Shown in pieces: positions 44,493 through 57,370 of a stretch of DNA of 64,000 nt. Source of the stretch: Diplonema japonicum (Eukaryota; Protista; Euglenozoa: Diplonemea). The stretch spans positions 248,001 through 312,000 of the forward strand of contig OZ025716.1 in the NCBI GenBank assembly GCA_964019335.1, read 5' to 3'. Below the pieces are notes generated by a model that saw only the letters and a list, made by a program, of their open reading frames with translations, searched no databases and had not been told where the DNA came from. The position numbers and the translations under genes were made by a program. The first letter of the stretch is position 1, and each line of letters begins with the position of its first letter.

Positions 44493-46163
44493 TTGCAGAA
44501 GAAAAAGAAAAAGGGTACCAGAGTCGCCTGTTGGTGGATCTGGTGCTCTCCTCCTGCGACGAAAAAATGAGGGAATGTAGCCTGATGAAAGTCTCAAGCT
44601 ACCTGCACTTCCCATCGAATATCGTGTCTAAAAAAGACTTTGGAGAAGTAGTGCAGCGAGCTGCGGAACATGATGGCTTTTTAGGTTTTTTTTTTTTTGT
44701 CTTCTTTTCCTACAACAGGGTGATATGCGAACTATACTGGGTTGGTGGCTGGGGGGGGGGGGGAAGAAAATGTGCCCCACCCCCACCTTCTAGTGTGTTC
44801 TCCTCGTGGCGGCACTTACTGGGACCACATCACCTTTCTTTACTCGTACATTTTTATCAAACTGAACTTCGATAACTAGTCGATTTTGTCAAAAAAAAAA
44901 AAAGAGGGCTCTCTTCAGTGGGGTATAGTCTTCTGGTCCTCCCCTTTTTTTTTTTTCGCCGAGAGTGAAAGAAGCCTTGCCCGACGAAGAGCAAAACGAG
45001 AGTGAAGTCCCTCATGACCATAGGAGGAAGGGCAGTGGATTGGGATTTGACCTTAAACATCGCCTTTTCTTTTTTTTTTTCCTTTTTTTTTTTCTGTTCA
45101 GTTACTTTCGACAATCGGTGTAAAAATGAACAAAAAAAAAAAAAAAAAAAAAAAAAAGGGAGGGGGAAAAAAAAAGAAAAAAAAAAAAGAGGTTATTCGG
45201 AGAGATTAATCTTTTCCTTCTGATGGCACCACATCTAAAAAAAAAAAAAAAAAGTGAAGCAGGGAAAGGGGGGGGGGGGGGGGGTAGGCACGGGATATGT
45301 TTTTTTTTTCCTCTTTTTTTTTTCTCCAATCAAAAAATTACGTAAAAGAATTTTTCTTTTTTTTGAACACCCAGGGGGGGGGGGGGGGTAAACAAAAAAA
45401 GGAAAAAAGACAAATCAGTATTTCTAAACAAGTTATTAAAAAAAAAAACACACACCTTTTGTAGTAAACCTGCCTATTTGATACGAAAGTATAAAACAAA
45501 ACAAAAAAGAAAATAAGTGGGGAGGGGAAAGTTCCGTTATTCCGTTTACCCTTCACGTTGAGTGATCTTGCCTTTGCTCTCTTTTTTTTTTTTTTTTTTT
45601 TTTTTTTCCAAAAGAAAAAAAAAAAAAAAAAAAAGAAAAAAAAAAGGAGGAAGCCAAGGTGGGCTTTTGTTTTCTCTCTTTTTTTTTGAGGCATTGAAAG
45701 GACAATGGGCGAGAGAACGAAGAGAAAGAGCGGCCAGGCTGGGGAGAAGGCCGGCAAGACCACCAAAGGAGGAGAACCCGCTGCTGAAAGGGGATAGGTG
45801 CAGGTAGAAGATGAGAACAAGGGGGCGTCTCACAAAGACTTCCTTTAACTCATATATTTTTTTTTTTTTCTTTTTTCCGTCCTTTTTTTTTTTTTTTTCT
45901 TTTTTTGGCACACTTAGAGCCGGCTGTGGGCGCAAAGAATTGGGGGAAAAAACTAGTTTGGCGCTTCACTTGTTTGTGCACGAGCGGGATTTTACCTAAT
46001 AAAATAGCGCTCATTACGCTGTCACCAACTAGTTTTTCGTCGCTCTCGACAATACTATTGTTAAAACTCGGGTTTACATAATCTTCAATTAGAGGCCGGG
46101 ATGGGATCCTGCCGAAGGGGGAACAGAAGCACCTCAAAACGCATTGGAAAAGGTTTAAAACTC

Positions 46164-46201
<38 letters not shown>

Positions 46202-46750
46202 CTTAGCAAAAAAGCGGGAAAAAAAAAAATGGTGAGTGTCGTTTGGCATCTCTGTCACTTGGTTCCCTTTCAAAAGGACATCTTTTTTTTTTTTTTTTTT
46301 TTCACGAGGACAAAAAAAAAGGAATTCCTATAGAGTTCTACCTCTTACCAAGAAAAAAAAAAAACCAGCCCCATTCCCCCTTATCCCCCGTTCTGTTTTT
46401 TTTTTCCTACTCAAATGGCTTCGCATGCTGCAGTGGAGCCCACGCGGTTCAGTCTCACAAATAGAGCACGCGCTTGACTATGAGGCCACGACCAAACAGC
46501 TACTCTTGGAGGATACGGCTACCTTACGCAAGCGTGCAATCAAGAAAGCACGATCCTCTCCGATCCATTGGCACAAACAAACGGATGCGAGGCGACCCCA
46601 TAAAAAAAAAAAAATGCACCACGCTGCTCACTCAACGCAAAAAAATAGTGTTGCAAACCAAAAAAGCCTCATTTTTTTTTTTTTTCCCCCCTCCCTAAAT
46701 CAGCAGCACAAAAAAAAGGTGGAAGAAGAAGGGGAAGGGGGGGGAGAAAA

Positions 46751-47515
46751 ATGGATTCCGACGACCTCGAGAAACTTGCCTTTGCTAGGGCGTACCCGTT
46801 TTCTCGTCCCGTGGGGAAGACCTTCTTGTTCAACTGCGAGACGGGCGATGTGGAGGAACTGAGCGACTGGCAGTCGTTCCTCACGGACGAGATGGGTGTC
46901 GAAAGAACGGCAGTGATCGCCTGCGGAAGCAACGCATCACCGCAGCAACTAAAGAGGAAGTTTCGAGGCTCCGAAGGCGTTATTCCAGTTGTGAAGGCAG
47001 TTCTACATGATCATGATTCTGTATACTGCCCTTTATTAGCTTCATACGGGAGTGTAACTGCTACTCTCGCCACTTCTCCTGGTGCATTGCTCGATATGCA
47101 CATAACTTACTTAACACCTGGTCAGTTAAAAATCATGAATAAGACGGAAGGTGGATACAATCTCGTTCGGTTAAAGAACATAGTGTTGGATGTGGAAGGG
47201 GGGAGTTCACTGACTTCTGCTTTGGCGTACCTTCACAAGGTGGGCTGTCTGATGAGTAACGGCTCACCCGTTGCGCTGGCCGAGCAGCTGTGTTCTAATA
47301 GGACGTTTCCTGCGCTGACGCAGCGCGAGGCAGGGGACCTGACCGCCAAGATGCTGCAGCTTGAGCCAGGAGACGATTTCATCCTGAGCGTGATTTACAA
47401 GGCCAAGCAACGCAGCTCGTGGACGGCCAAACTGTGCCACAGTGCCGTTGCGTACGGGGGACCCATGGAACGCATTGTTGAGTGCTCGCAAAATGCTTCC
47501 GTGATTACATGGTGA
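46751..47515 (+). CDS. Hypothetical protein, gamma-glutamylcyclotransferase-like fold (bacterial-type)
   Basis: AVIACGSNASPQQL..KF (GSN loop), YGSV.ATL, ITYL...QL..M..TE..Y, AY; A/G-rich leader. Confidence 0.65.
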   Translation: MDSDDLEKLAFARAYPFSRPVGKTFLFNCETGDVEELSDWQSFLTDEMGVERTAVIACGSNASPQQLKRKFRGSEGVIPVVKAVLHDHDSVYCPLLASYGSVTATLATSPGALLDMHITYLTPGQLKIMNKTEGGYNLVRLKNIVLDVEGGSSLTSALAYLHKVGCLMSNGSPVALAEQLCSNRTFPALTQREAGDLTAKMLQLEPGDDFILSVIYKAKQRSSWTAKLCHSAVAYGGPMERIVECSQNASVITW

Positions 47516-47742
47516 ATTTCGAAAAAAAACAAAAAGAAAAAAAAAAAATCTTTTTTTTTTTTTTTTCTATGTTGGAAAAGAAACGAGTTTCTCTGCCAAT
47601 ATAGCCGCCGCCGCCGTCCCCCCTCCCCCCTCCTCTTTTTTGTACTCAACGGCAAATCGTGCCTATGGTGGCTCACGAAAAATAAATATATTTTCTCTCT
47701 CTTATATTTTCTGTCACATACTGCAGGTTCCCTTCAAAGACA

Positions 47743-47780
<38 letters not shown>

Positions 47781-47889
47781 TGAACAAAGAAAACAACTTA
47801 TATAAGGTTTTGGGGCAACATGAAAGAAATCTGCAAGGCTTGTAATCTGAAATTTACCCCAATCTACCCTTTTGGGGGCCCGGTCACAA

Positions 47890-48065
47890 ATGTATCTGCT
47901 TCTTAAAAACACAAACCCTTCGTCCCAGTACACGACATCTGAGCCAAGTCCCCAAAAAGATCCTCTGGGCCATTCGATTCCATATTCTATTCACTTCTCA
48001 GAGCCTTTGAGGGGCGTCTGCGGGTGTTTTTTGCCCCTCCTGGGTGATGTTTTTCTTTTACAAAC
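47890..48065 (+). repeat. Relic of the 3' region of the piggyBac family at 6516-8521
   Basis: CATCTGAGCCAAGTCCC and ATTCTATTCACTTC..AG.GCCTTTGAGGGGCGTCTG..GGTGTTTTTTG.CCCTCCTGGGTGATGT match 8215-8400. Confidence 0.8.
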
Positions 48066-48563
48066 CCGGATCTCCAGAACACGCATTTGGTGAGTGCATT
48101 GTCTTGCTGCATCTTTGGGCAAGTGCCCTCGGTCCCCATGGCTTGTCGAAAAGCTGTTGTCACTCATCGCGAACTCGTTAAAAGTTATTTTTTTTTTTTT
48201 TTTTTTCCAAACGTGGTTTTCTGGCTCATCACAACAAGTTCTTTGAAGAAAAGGGTGGTGTACAAGTTTATTGCAATCTTTTTTTCAGGGGGGGGGGGAA
48301 AGAGAAAAACCACAAACATGACACACGCGAATTTGGACATTCCAACTGTTATTTACCCTTTGTCCGCGGTAGCCTTCCCATTATTCGCGGAAACTCGCAA
48401 TCTCATACCCACCAAATACGTTTTCAACGATAACCAAATCAAAGGGATAAGAGGAAACTGGGCGAAGGAGAGGGGGCATACACCTGCGGCAACTGCGAAA
48501 AAGCCCGTTCTTGCAAGAACCCCGACCCTCCTCGAGGTGCTCTTCAATCATTTCCTAGGAGTC

Positions 48564-48597
<34 letters not shown>

Positions 48598-48802
48598 ACT
48601 GGCCGTTGTTTGTACGTGCACTGTGCGAGGCATGCGCACTCCTCGAGACGCAGTCTGCAAGGTGGGCTGCACGAGTGCTTCCGATGGGTACTCGAGGTCC
48701 GCGTATTGGACCCACGTGCCGGGTAAAACCTGGAGAAGTTTGTTAACCCGAAACACGTTGCCACGTTCCCCTTTTGTTTAGACAAGTCAAAGACTCGTTC
48801 TT

Positions 48803-48836
<34 letters not shown>

Positions 48837-49679
48837 GAAAAATGCAAAAGGTTCCCGTGTTTGGTGGGGATTCATAAAAGGAAAAAAAAATTTTTTTTGA
48901 TGTAGAAAATAATGAAAATTCAGAGTTGGCTTAAAACGGTGTGTTTGTAGTTTTTCTCAAAAAAAGAAAAAAAAAAAAAGAAAAAAAAAAGTTGTTTGGC
49001 AGCACAATGAGTAATTCTTGTATAATAACCAAAATAAAGCTCGTGCGCACAGAAAAAAAAGAAGGAAAAAGAAGAGGATGAGGTCACGGCCACTGCTTAG
49101 GAGCCAGCACTCTGCGTGTCTTGTCTCGATGTGGCGGTCTCTACCATCACCCATCATGAGGAAAGCAACTCACTGACCTGGGTCTGGAGACCAAAAGCGT
49201 TTTCTTGATGACGAGAGTACCTTTTCGCTGCCCCCTACTCCCCCCCCCCCCCTTTTTTTTATTATCCCCCCCTTTTTTTTTCTTCCAGGTTCTACAAAAG
49301 GAGGTAAGAAGATTGTTTTTTTCCAAACCAAAAGGTGGTGGGGATAACATGGAAATATAAGAAGTACATCAGATTGTTGTGTTGTTCGCTGTTGACCTCC
49401 TCGTCGGTCATCACCGGTAGCGCCCGAGTGGAAGAACGTAACGCAGATGCTCAGGGTGACGAACAGGCAGCAAACTGCACGAGCGCAGAATCTTGGTTAC
49501 CCGGGACGCCCCGGCTAGGGTTGAGCACACCGCACGCATTAAGGACACGACGCGGAACGCAAAAGAAGCTACAACTCGGCCGGGGAGCGCCCCCTGTAAT
49601 CAAGTAGGTAGTTCGTGCTTCATTGCACGCTTAACGCCACCTAGTGTTGCAATCAAAGCCCCATTTTTCTTTTTTTTTC

Positions 49680-49990
49680 CAGAAATGCTCAGCACGCTGT
49701 GGAAGGTCAGCCTTCCCCGCCAACGCCAAATCAAGGGTGCATACCCTTCGACATCTTGGGGGCCCGACGGCACACGGCTACGACAGGAGACCGCTCTTCT
49801 CCTCGAGCCAAACCCCCCCCTACCTAGCACGACTCCAAGCAATGTTTCTCGCCCAGATGCCGTCCATCTCATCGCGACAAACAGCCACCGCAGGCACCAG
49901 ACAGCAACCGCAGAACGGTGACCGATTAGTGTGAATTTCTACCTGAACAGTGAGCACCCCCATGCACACTGAAATTTTTATCGAGTTTTT
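49680..49990 (+). mobile_element. Short 3' fragment of the non-LTR retrotransposon family
   Basis: RVHTLRHLGGPTAHGYDRRP...PQNGD matches RVNSLRCIGGPTTHGYDRRP...PQNGD at ~22090-22280; ends in a T-run. Confidence 0.75.
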
Positions 49991-50876
49991 TTTTTTGTTT
50001 TTTTTTTTTCCGGAGCATTGGTGAACAAGATATCCCGGCGTAACAAACCCCTTTGTTAATCGTGTCGATGCTTAGGGTGCTTGGATTCACCGCAACCGTG
50101 GTGGTTGCAAGCCTAAAGAAAGTACTGCACGATTCAGTAAAGCAGAATAGTTGTTTTTCTTTTCTTTTTTACTTTCTTTTCTCTTGTTCACTATATTTCA
50201 TATTTTATTTTTCACTCCAGAAAAAAAAATATTTTAAATTTTTCTTCGACATGTTTTGAAAGAAAGGCATGTGCCTCAGTCTTTAGAAGAAAAAAAAAAA
50301 AAAAAAAGAAAAAGGAAAAAGAAAGGGAAAAAAAAGATATTGCCAAGAAATAGTGAAAATAGTCATTATTTAACTCGAGTTTCTGAATTCCTTTTGCAAT
50401 AAAGCACTTATTCCCACTTTTAAGGGCCGGGATGGCCTCAGATGGCGTAAAAATAGTTAAAATAGCCCCAAAAAGATTTTTTTCAAGGGGTTGGGCACGT
50501 TCTTTTTACGACGAGACCCATTTTATCACTCTGAAGCGCCATTATTCAATTCCAAAATCTCATAATGGCTGTTTCGCGTTAAGTGACGAAGAGTGAAATA
50601 AAAAAAAATAATAAAATAAAATAAGAAATGCCACGGTCATGAGTCTCGAGACACTTCCAACCCACCTGGGGAGCGGCCTATTAAGTCGAAACGGAAGCGG
50701 AATTTTTAAAAAAAAAAAAGAAAGAAAGAAAGAAAGAAGCTACAACTTGGCCGCGGAACGCCCTTCTTGTGCACCGGCCTCTTTTAACTCTTATATTTTC
50801 TTCTTTTTTTTTTCTTTTTTATTTTTTTTTTCACTACAGAGTTCAATTGTTCGTTGTGAATAAGCAGCTTTTTTTT

Positions 50877-50917
<41 letters not shown>

Positions 50918-51752
50918 GGACCAATGTTTCCAACCTCCCTGTGGTGGTTCCTGGTAATTGTGGTTTGGAGAAACACAAGCGAAAGGGAAACTCTCGTTCT
51001 AAAGCCGTACACGTGGGGAAACCTGGACGGGGGTGGAGAGCCCACCCTACGCGTGGCGCCAGTTAGCATCGCCCTCAACGGAGAGTCCCTTATCCCATTA
51101 CATCGAACAAGGAGGTGGCTTCACCAGGTCAGGCAAGTAGCCTCCCCGCGGCATCGTGCCAGTGAAGCAAGCCTCCCACAACTCTCCAGTTGGTGTTTAA
51201 TTGCTTCTGTGGCCCCTCTCCCTATTTCAATTTCCAAGCTTTCTTTACTTCTCCACTTTTACTTTCTACGGGACCACAGGGGACTTGGGAGGCTTCGGGG
51301 CGAAGTTTCACAAGGGTGGCCGCTGTGTCACATACTGCATGGCACCACTAAAATTGAGACAACTTTTTTCGGTCTAACAAATGTGCGAAAGAAGGCCAGT
51401 GAATTTCTTGTGAGTGGAATGTCTTTATTCTCTCTGTCCCCCTAACCCCTAACCCCACCATTCTTTCCATTTTTATTGTGATGTGAGTTTCTTTTTCATA
51501 CTATTAGGCCTTCTACCGCATTTTGGGGGGGTTTTAAGAGGCTCATTCGTAGGTGTACTTGGTGCTTTGGGCTTGTCATGGGGTGTCGAGTATTCTTATA
51601 ATTTGGTTACTATTCTTTCTCGTTTTTCAAGTCCGGGAAGGCTATCAGGAACGTCCTCATACTCATCACAAGATTCATAGACTGGGGGCCTTTTCTCTGC
51701 CCTGTCTGCATCGAGTCTTTGCCTCGTCTTTGATGACGTACTTTAGTTCTTT

Positions 51753-52144
51753 CTAGCTCGTGGACGCACACGTAGCAAGTACACCCTCCGGTGTGCTCCT
51801 GAGCTCATATGCACCTGTAAAATCCGGAAACTCAAGAATTTTCTTTTTGTACGGGCCAAAGACATCAGTAACTACATGCACGGCGCACCGTATCGTATTG
51901 GTGATGTTAGCTATTTGTTCCACAGTTTTAATTGTTGTGGAACGAGGCACCCAAAACCAAACACGAGAGAGCACACCAAAGTGGCTGTCCCTGTTGTTTT
52001 TGCCGTGTTTCTCCCCCAGAAACCACAGGGAAAACGTCCGATCGGGATATACATAACGAAGACCAAAAAGAACAAAGTAGCAAAATTCCTTTGCACGAAA
52101 GTGACGCCCACCGTCAGTCCAGAGTATCCACTCCATTTTTTTCT
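51753..52144 (-). pseudogene. DDE-type DNA transposase relic (Sola-like, tentative) interrupted by the LINE; continues beyond 55338
   Basis: WTDGGRHF...F.GEKHGK...DSHFG motif pattern; removing the LINE restores the frame ..STVAWAQKKMEWILWTDG. Confidence 0.55.
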
Positions 52145-55100
52145 TTAAAGCGCAGATGGGGAGAGGTTGCGTGCGTGAACCGAAGCTAAGAGAGTTGATA
52201 GCGCCTATCGACCAGTGGAGGATGCGGTGCAGCGACTTGGAAGGAGCACAAACACGCATTACTTAAAGGAAAGATAAATAGCTTCCTCTCGCGCCTTGGA
52301 GACTACGAAGGGATGCTCCCGTATGATGTACGAAACCAATTAAGGAAAGTGGAAAAGTACGCGGTAGGGATAGGCGTGCATCCAAAGAGAAGCAACATGG
52401 AGCAGTGGACATGCGTCGGGGACATAACCAAAGAACTCATGGTGATGAGGGAGGAGGCCCACAAGACGTACGCCAAAGAACTGCAACGAATAAAGTCCAA
52501 ACGCGCGAAGGCAGAAGAGGCAAGAATTTTATCATCTTTCGGAAGAGAGAGGAAGAGGATCACTGCATTTCTGAAGTCTGGTGACGCTACTGACATGATG
52601 AAGGCGAAGACAACCGAACAAATTAACAACGGAAAAACCATGACAGCGAGCAACGAGCAGATGTTGGAGGCACTGCGAAGCAAGTGGGATAGCATATTCT
52701 GCATGTACAGGGGAAAGCAACAACCAAGATATAAGCAGTTCAAGGAGAAGTACAAGGACTACATCAACAACTACGAGATGGAATGCTCCGAGATAACGTG
52801 TGCTGATCTACGCGAAGTGCTGAAGAAAACCAAAGGCAAACACTCATGTGGGGTCGATGGGTGGAGATTCGCCGAAATTGAGGCACTACCTGACACTCTG
52901 CTCAAAGGGTTTGCAAACCTCCTCAACGCCATTGAAAGGACGGGTATAGGCCAGAACCGGTGCTCACCGCCTTAGTTACCATGCTGCCGAAATCGGGAAC
53001 GGGGGAGCCCCTGGACCACAGACCGATCACAGTCACGAGTGTCGTGTATAGATTGTGGGCATGCGTGAGGCTGAAGGGAGTGCTCCTATGGCAGGAAGAA
53101 TGGATAAGGGATAGCCAGCACGGGTTTCGACCTGGACATGGCTGTGATGATGTGCTCGCTGAGCTGTCGACGAGGGCTGAAGCAGCGATACTAGGAGGAG
53201 CACAATTACATGGAGTCGCTGTTGATTTCCAGAAATGTTTTGATACAGTGCCACAGGAGCTATCCCTGAGGCTGGTTGAGGAACTAGGACTACATCCTTG
53301 CATAGCGAGACCACTGCGATATGTCTACGCCAACCTGTCACGGAGACTAAAACTTCCTAATGGAGTCGGAGACCCCTTTGAGGTGACGAATGGCATCCTA
53401 CAAGGGTGCCCCCTGTCAGCGGTCCTCATCAACGCCCTCTTGTCGGTGCTCGTAGCAGACATGGAGGAGAGCACCGATGCCATCGTAACCTCGTACGCCG
53501 ACGACCTCACTGCGATGTCCAAGGAAGGGGAGAAGCCGATACAAGAGGCGATGAACGTTGCAAAGATGTTCTGCATGATCACCGGGATGATCATAAGCAA
53601 ACCAAAGACGTTGACATTCTCGACGAAGAAGGGATACGTGTCCAAAGTGAAAGATGGTGAGTTCACTTATGCATCGACGAAGGCTGTGAAAGCACTCGGA
53701 GTTACAATTTATGTAACAAGAGCACGTCAAGCGGGCCACAAAAAGGTCTCAGACGCGATAGAAGCAGCAAGACGGCTAGGAGCGACACAACTGCCGTTCG
53801 TGAAAAAATCGTTGATAGTGGCACAAAACATCATCCCGGCGGCCCTATATGGTGTTTTGTACGAGCCACCAACGAGGCAACGCCTTGAAGACCTCAGGAT
53901 AGCAGTGACAGATGCACTTTGGGGACCCAAGTACGCGACTCGTTCATCACCGACCCTACTAAACGTGGTACTCCCTGGCCATACACATGATCCAGTGATG
54001 GCAGCTATGTACAGGATGTTAGGTGCGTACACCAAGTTGATGAAGAAAGCCCCGGTGAGGAAAAGATGCAGAAGAATTAAAAAGCTGCTGAAGAAGGTGC
54101 ACAGTAAAAGAGGCGTAGGGCCGGTGAGCAACCTAAAGCGCAATGTACTTCAACCACTCAGGCTAGGATGGACATGGCTAAGAGCAGTTGCCAAGCAACC
54201 AAAGGGAATGATGGTACATGAGCATCGCCTTCGTATCAAGAGATACCGTAGAGGACAGATGTGCCGAGAACGACCAACCCTCGAGGGGATAAAAGAGGGT
54301 GTGGACGAACAGAGGACAAACATGATATGGAAAACAACAAAAGCGTGGCAAATACAGAACAACGCAAGGAGAATGCTGACAGGAGCTCTTGGGATGGTCC
54401 ACCCCAAGGTAGAAGATCCAAGAGTACTGTGCAGGGGATGCGGGGAGGTGGCTGGAACCTACACAGCATACCTGGAGCATATCTACTGGAAGTGCAAAGA
54501 GTATGAATCTGTACGGAAAGAAGCGATGTACACCACGGTAATGAATTTTCCGAAGGAAGATATGCCTCAATGTCTAAGACTTCATGGAATCATACCGAAA
54601 AACTGCAAAGTACCACAGCCGGAAATTGTGCAGAAACTGCTAGTCAACATGATAACTCTTGCGGACGCAACCAAGATGATAGCAGAAAAGAATGAGAAAA
54701 GGGTACATGTATGGAGACGCCCTGCGCTATGGAGCAAGTACACAGTACCTGAAATGAGGTGGTTCCGAAAGCACCTGAAGATGAACTTCATAGGAGCACA
54801 GATTGTGCCAGAAGTAGTTAAGTGGCTTTCGAAATTAGAATGGAATAAGCAGGGGTCGGTGACTAGACTAGAGCTAGTGATAGATTTCGAGCTGACGAGT
54901 GGGGTGTACGTTTTGGGCAGGCAAGACGACATCACCAAGAGGGCCAACCGATTGGCAAAAATAATTGAAAGACTGATGGGCGCAGCCGAGGCACACGCAC
55001 CAAAGCCGTTCATGCCCAAGGAAATAACTGAATCCGTGGCATTACGATCGATAGGTGCACCCAAGCGACTGAAGGGGTACACCGGAAGGCCGAAATTCGC

Positions 55101-55337
55101 ATCCAGCAGAACGTGCGAAATTCTGGAAAGACAATGCGCAGTACCGACTGCACAGAGAAAAGAGTGGTCCGACCCCTTCGTGCCCGACTACAGAGCACAA
55201 CAACCTACCAGAACGCAGTCCACCCTACCCGCAGCCATGCATCCTTCAGCACAGAAGGGTAGCAACATCCGCTAGCGCGGTTAAGAAGTTGCTCGTACGC
55301 CAGGCGGTTTATGAAGCAACCAAAGTCATTCTTCTTT
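52145..55337 (+). mobile_element. 5'-truncated non-LTR retrotransposon (RT plus C-terminal Zn motif) with 10-bp TSD ATTTTTTTCT
   Basis: RT motifs GVDGW, RPITVTS, QHGFRPG, DFQKCFD, GILQGCPLS, YADD; CxxC..LEHIYWKC. One missing base near 52948 (ERTGI-(W)PEP) splits 52313-52975 from 52960-55275. TSD at 52135-52144 and 55338-55347. Confidence 0.93.
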
Positions 55338-55977
55338 ATTTTTTTCTGTGCCCATGCTACTGTGGAACAAGACTTTTCCAACAGTAAGGCCAGCTGCCCT
55401 TATTTCATCATGTGTGATGTGGTCAAGCCTCATGCCTCTGACCAATTGGCGCCGTGTGGCGTCTTGTTGGCTACTAAATCAACCAGAAAATGATAGCAGA
55501 AGTGCCGCTAGAAGTTCCCCTTTACACACTACGCCACAAACTAGTGCAGCACAGTCGTTGCCACTGAGCTTCTCAAAAACCTCTGTGGCGAGTGACCTGA
55601 TCACCGTGGTGTTCCCATTTACCCTTTCTCGGTCCGAATACCATTTTTTTTTACCCCTAGCTTCTCAACAGCAAGTTTAAAAGCACCCATTTTTGTCACC
55701 CCCTCTTTTACTGAATTTGTGCAAAGTGAAAAAACCCATTTTTGCCCCTAGGACTGAATTTTCTGGGTACCAGTAACACTCACTTTCCCATTTTCTGGGG
55801 TGTTTTCTTTCCTAACCTGGGCCGGGAAAGTTGTAGAATTTTTTTTTTTTAGGAAAAAGTACTTAGAGAAATATTGAAAGTGTCAATTGGCCTCATTTTT
55901 GGGGGGGGGGGGGGGGGTTTTGAAACGATGCCATATATAAAAAAAAAAAAAAGAGAAAAAAAAAAAAGAAAAACCCC

Positions 55978-56925
55978 ATGTCGCGCAAGCGCTCTCTCGT
56001 GAAAGAACTGCTGGCAGACTTTCCAGATACACCGGAAAACGAAGTCCAACGAATATGCGAAAATTCCGGCTGGTCAGCAGAAGTTGCAAGAAAGAAGCTT
56101 GCGACGGGGGAGGGGCCCGTACACCCAGAAGTCCCGAATCAAGCCGAAACTGCGGCCATGCTCCGCGACATAAAATCAGGTGAAGACAAAGGAAAACCGT
56201 ACAAAGAATGGGGCCACCCCCAATACAGCTTTTACAAATGGGCCGAGAAAGAAGTAAACGGCCGGTTCGAACGGAGCCAATTTGTCTATAATTCGACAAA
56301 ATCCAAAGTAGCGGCATCGACGGCCCAAGGCCCACCTGACGGGTCAACCTGGATTTGGTTCATCGTTGCCGACCTCAGTGTTTCTGAAAATGGAACCGCT
56401 GTTTTGAAAGGAGATAAGTTCCAAGCTGGGTGGCTGCGAAATTCTTCCGAAGCAGCTGATGCCAGTACCATCAAACAAAGAAAGGCAGAGATGATCGACT
56501 CTGTTTTAAAAGGAAGGCAAAACGAATACGGCCTGCAACGCAGCGGGGTTCCTGTTGGGTTTAAACATAAATGGAACTACTCTGACTCCAGCTGGGGATC
56601 AACCACGACGACAGGTGTTATCTGGGAAGAGGAGAAGCTTGAGGACAGGTGGAAAATATGTGTCACATTTCCCGAATTCGCCGAGCCTGGGGGTTGCCCG
56701 CGAAGTTGGGTCGTGGTAGCCGAACAGCGTGCGGAAAAACTGAACAAAAACCAGTACCTCACAAACATGAAGGGCACGCAGTACCCCTTGGAGGAGAACA
56801 CTGCCTCCCAGAAGGATCTTCGCGCATCTATTTTGAAGGAGCACCAGTCACGTTGCTACCGACCGCCAGTATCCGCCTCTCCTTTAGGAGCCTGGCTTGT
56901 CAAGAAGCCCAAGAATGCGAAGTGA
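55978..56925 (+). CDS. Hypothetical protein, possible N-terminal CUE/UBA-like domain
   Basis: Clean 315-aa ORF after an A-rich leader; L.ADFPD....EV..I...SGWS.E.A...L resembles CUE. Confidence 0.6.
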   Translation: MSRKRSLVKELLADFPDTPENEVQRICENSGWSAEVARKKLATGEGPVHPEVPNQAETAAMLRDIKSGEDKGKPYKEWGHPQYSFYKWAEKEVNGRFERSQFVYNSTKSKVAASTAQGPPDGSTWIWFIVADLSVSENGTAVLKGDKFQAGWLRNSSEAADASTIKQRKAEMIDSVLKGRQNEYGLQRSGVPVGFKHKWNYSDSSWGSTTTTGVIWEEEKLEDRWKICVTFPEFAEPGGCPRSWVVVAEQRAEKLNKNQYLTNMKGTQYPLEENTASQKDLRASILKEHQSRCYRPPVSASPLGAWLVKKPKNAK

Positions 56926-57370
56926 GGATTTTTTTTTTTTTTTTTGCACGCACGCACGCACGCACCCCAACTTTAAAAAAAAAAAAAAAAAGGAGTTTTT
57001 TTTCTCCTATCTTATACTCTTTTTTTTTTCTTCTTTTTTAAAAGGCACGTGCGTTTTTTTTTTGTGTGTTGGAAGGGGGGGGGGGGGAAGTTTTTTTATT
57101 GTTTTTTTTCTTCTTTAACAGTGAGCACCCCCATGCAAACTGAAACTTTATCGAATTCTTTTTTTCTGCGCTGTAAAAACTTTGTTTATTTGTACCCTTT
57201 TATTTTTTTTCTTTTTCCTTCCTGGTTCTTCTTTTTTTTTTTTTTTTTTTTTTTCCAACATAAAACCCGAGAGAAAAGTTTAAAAAAAAAAAAAAAACAA
57301 CAAGAAAAAAAAAAAAAAAAAGAAAGGAGGAGGAGGGGCCCGGGCCGACGGGGGGGGGGAAGAAAAATAT

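Noticed and set aside
51438-51457. Telomere-like CCCTAA repeats
   Set aside because: Only two imperfect units.
52940-52975. Programmed ribosomal frameshift between the two LINE ORFs
   Set aside because: No slippery heptamer; one missing T in a Trp codon explains it, so decay or sequencing error is simpler. The same holds for the piggyBac frameshifts.
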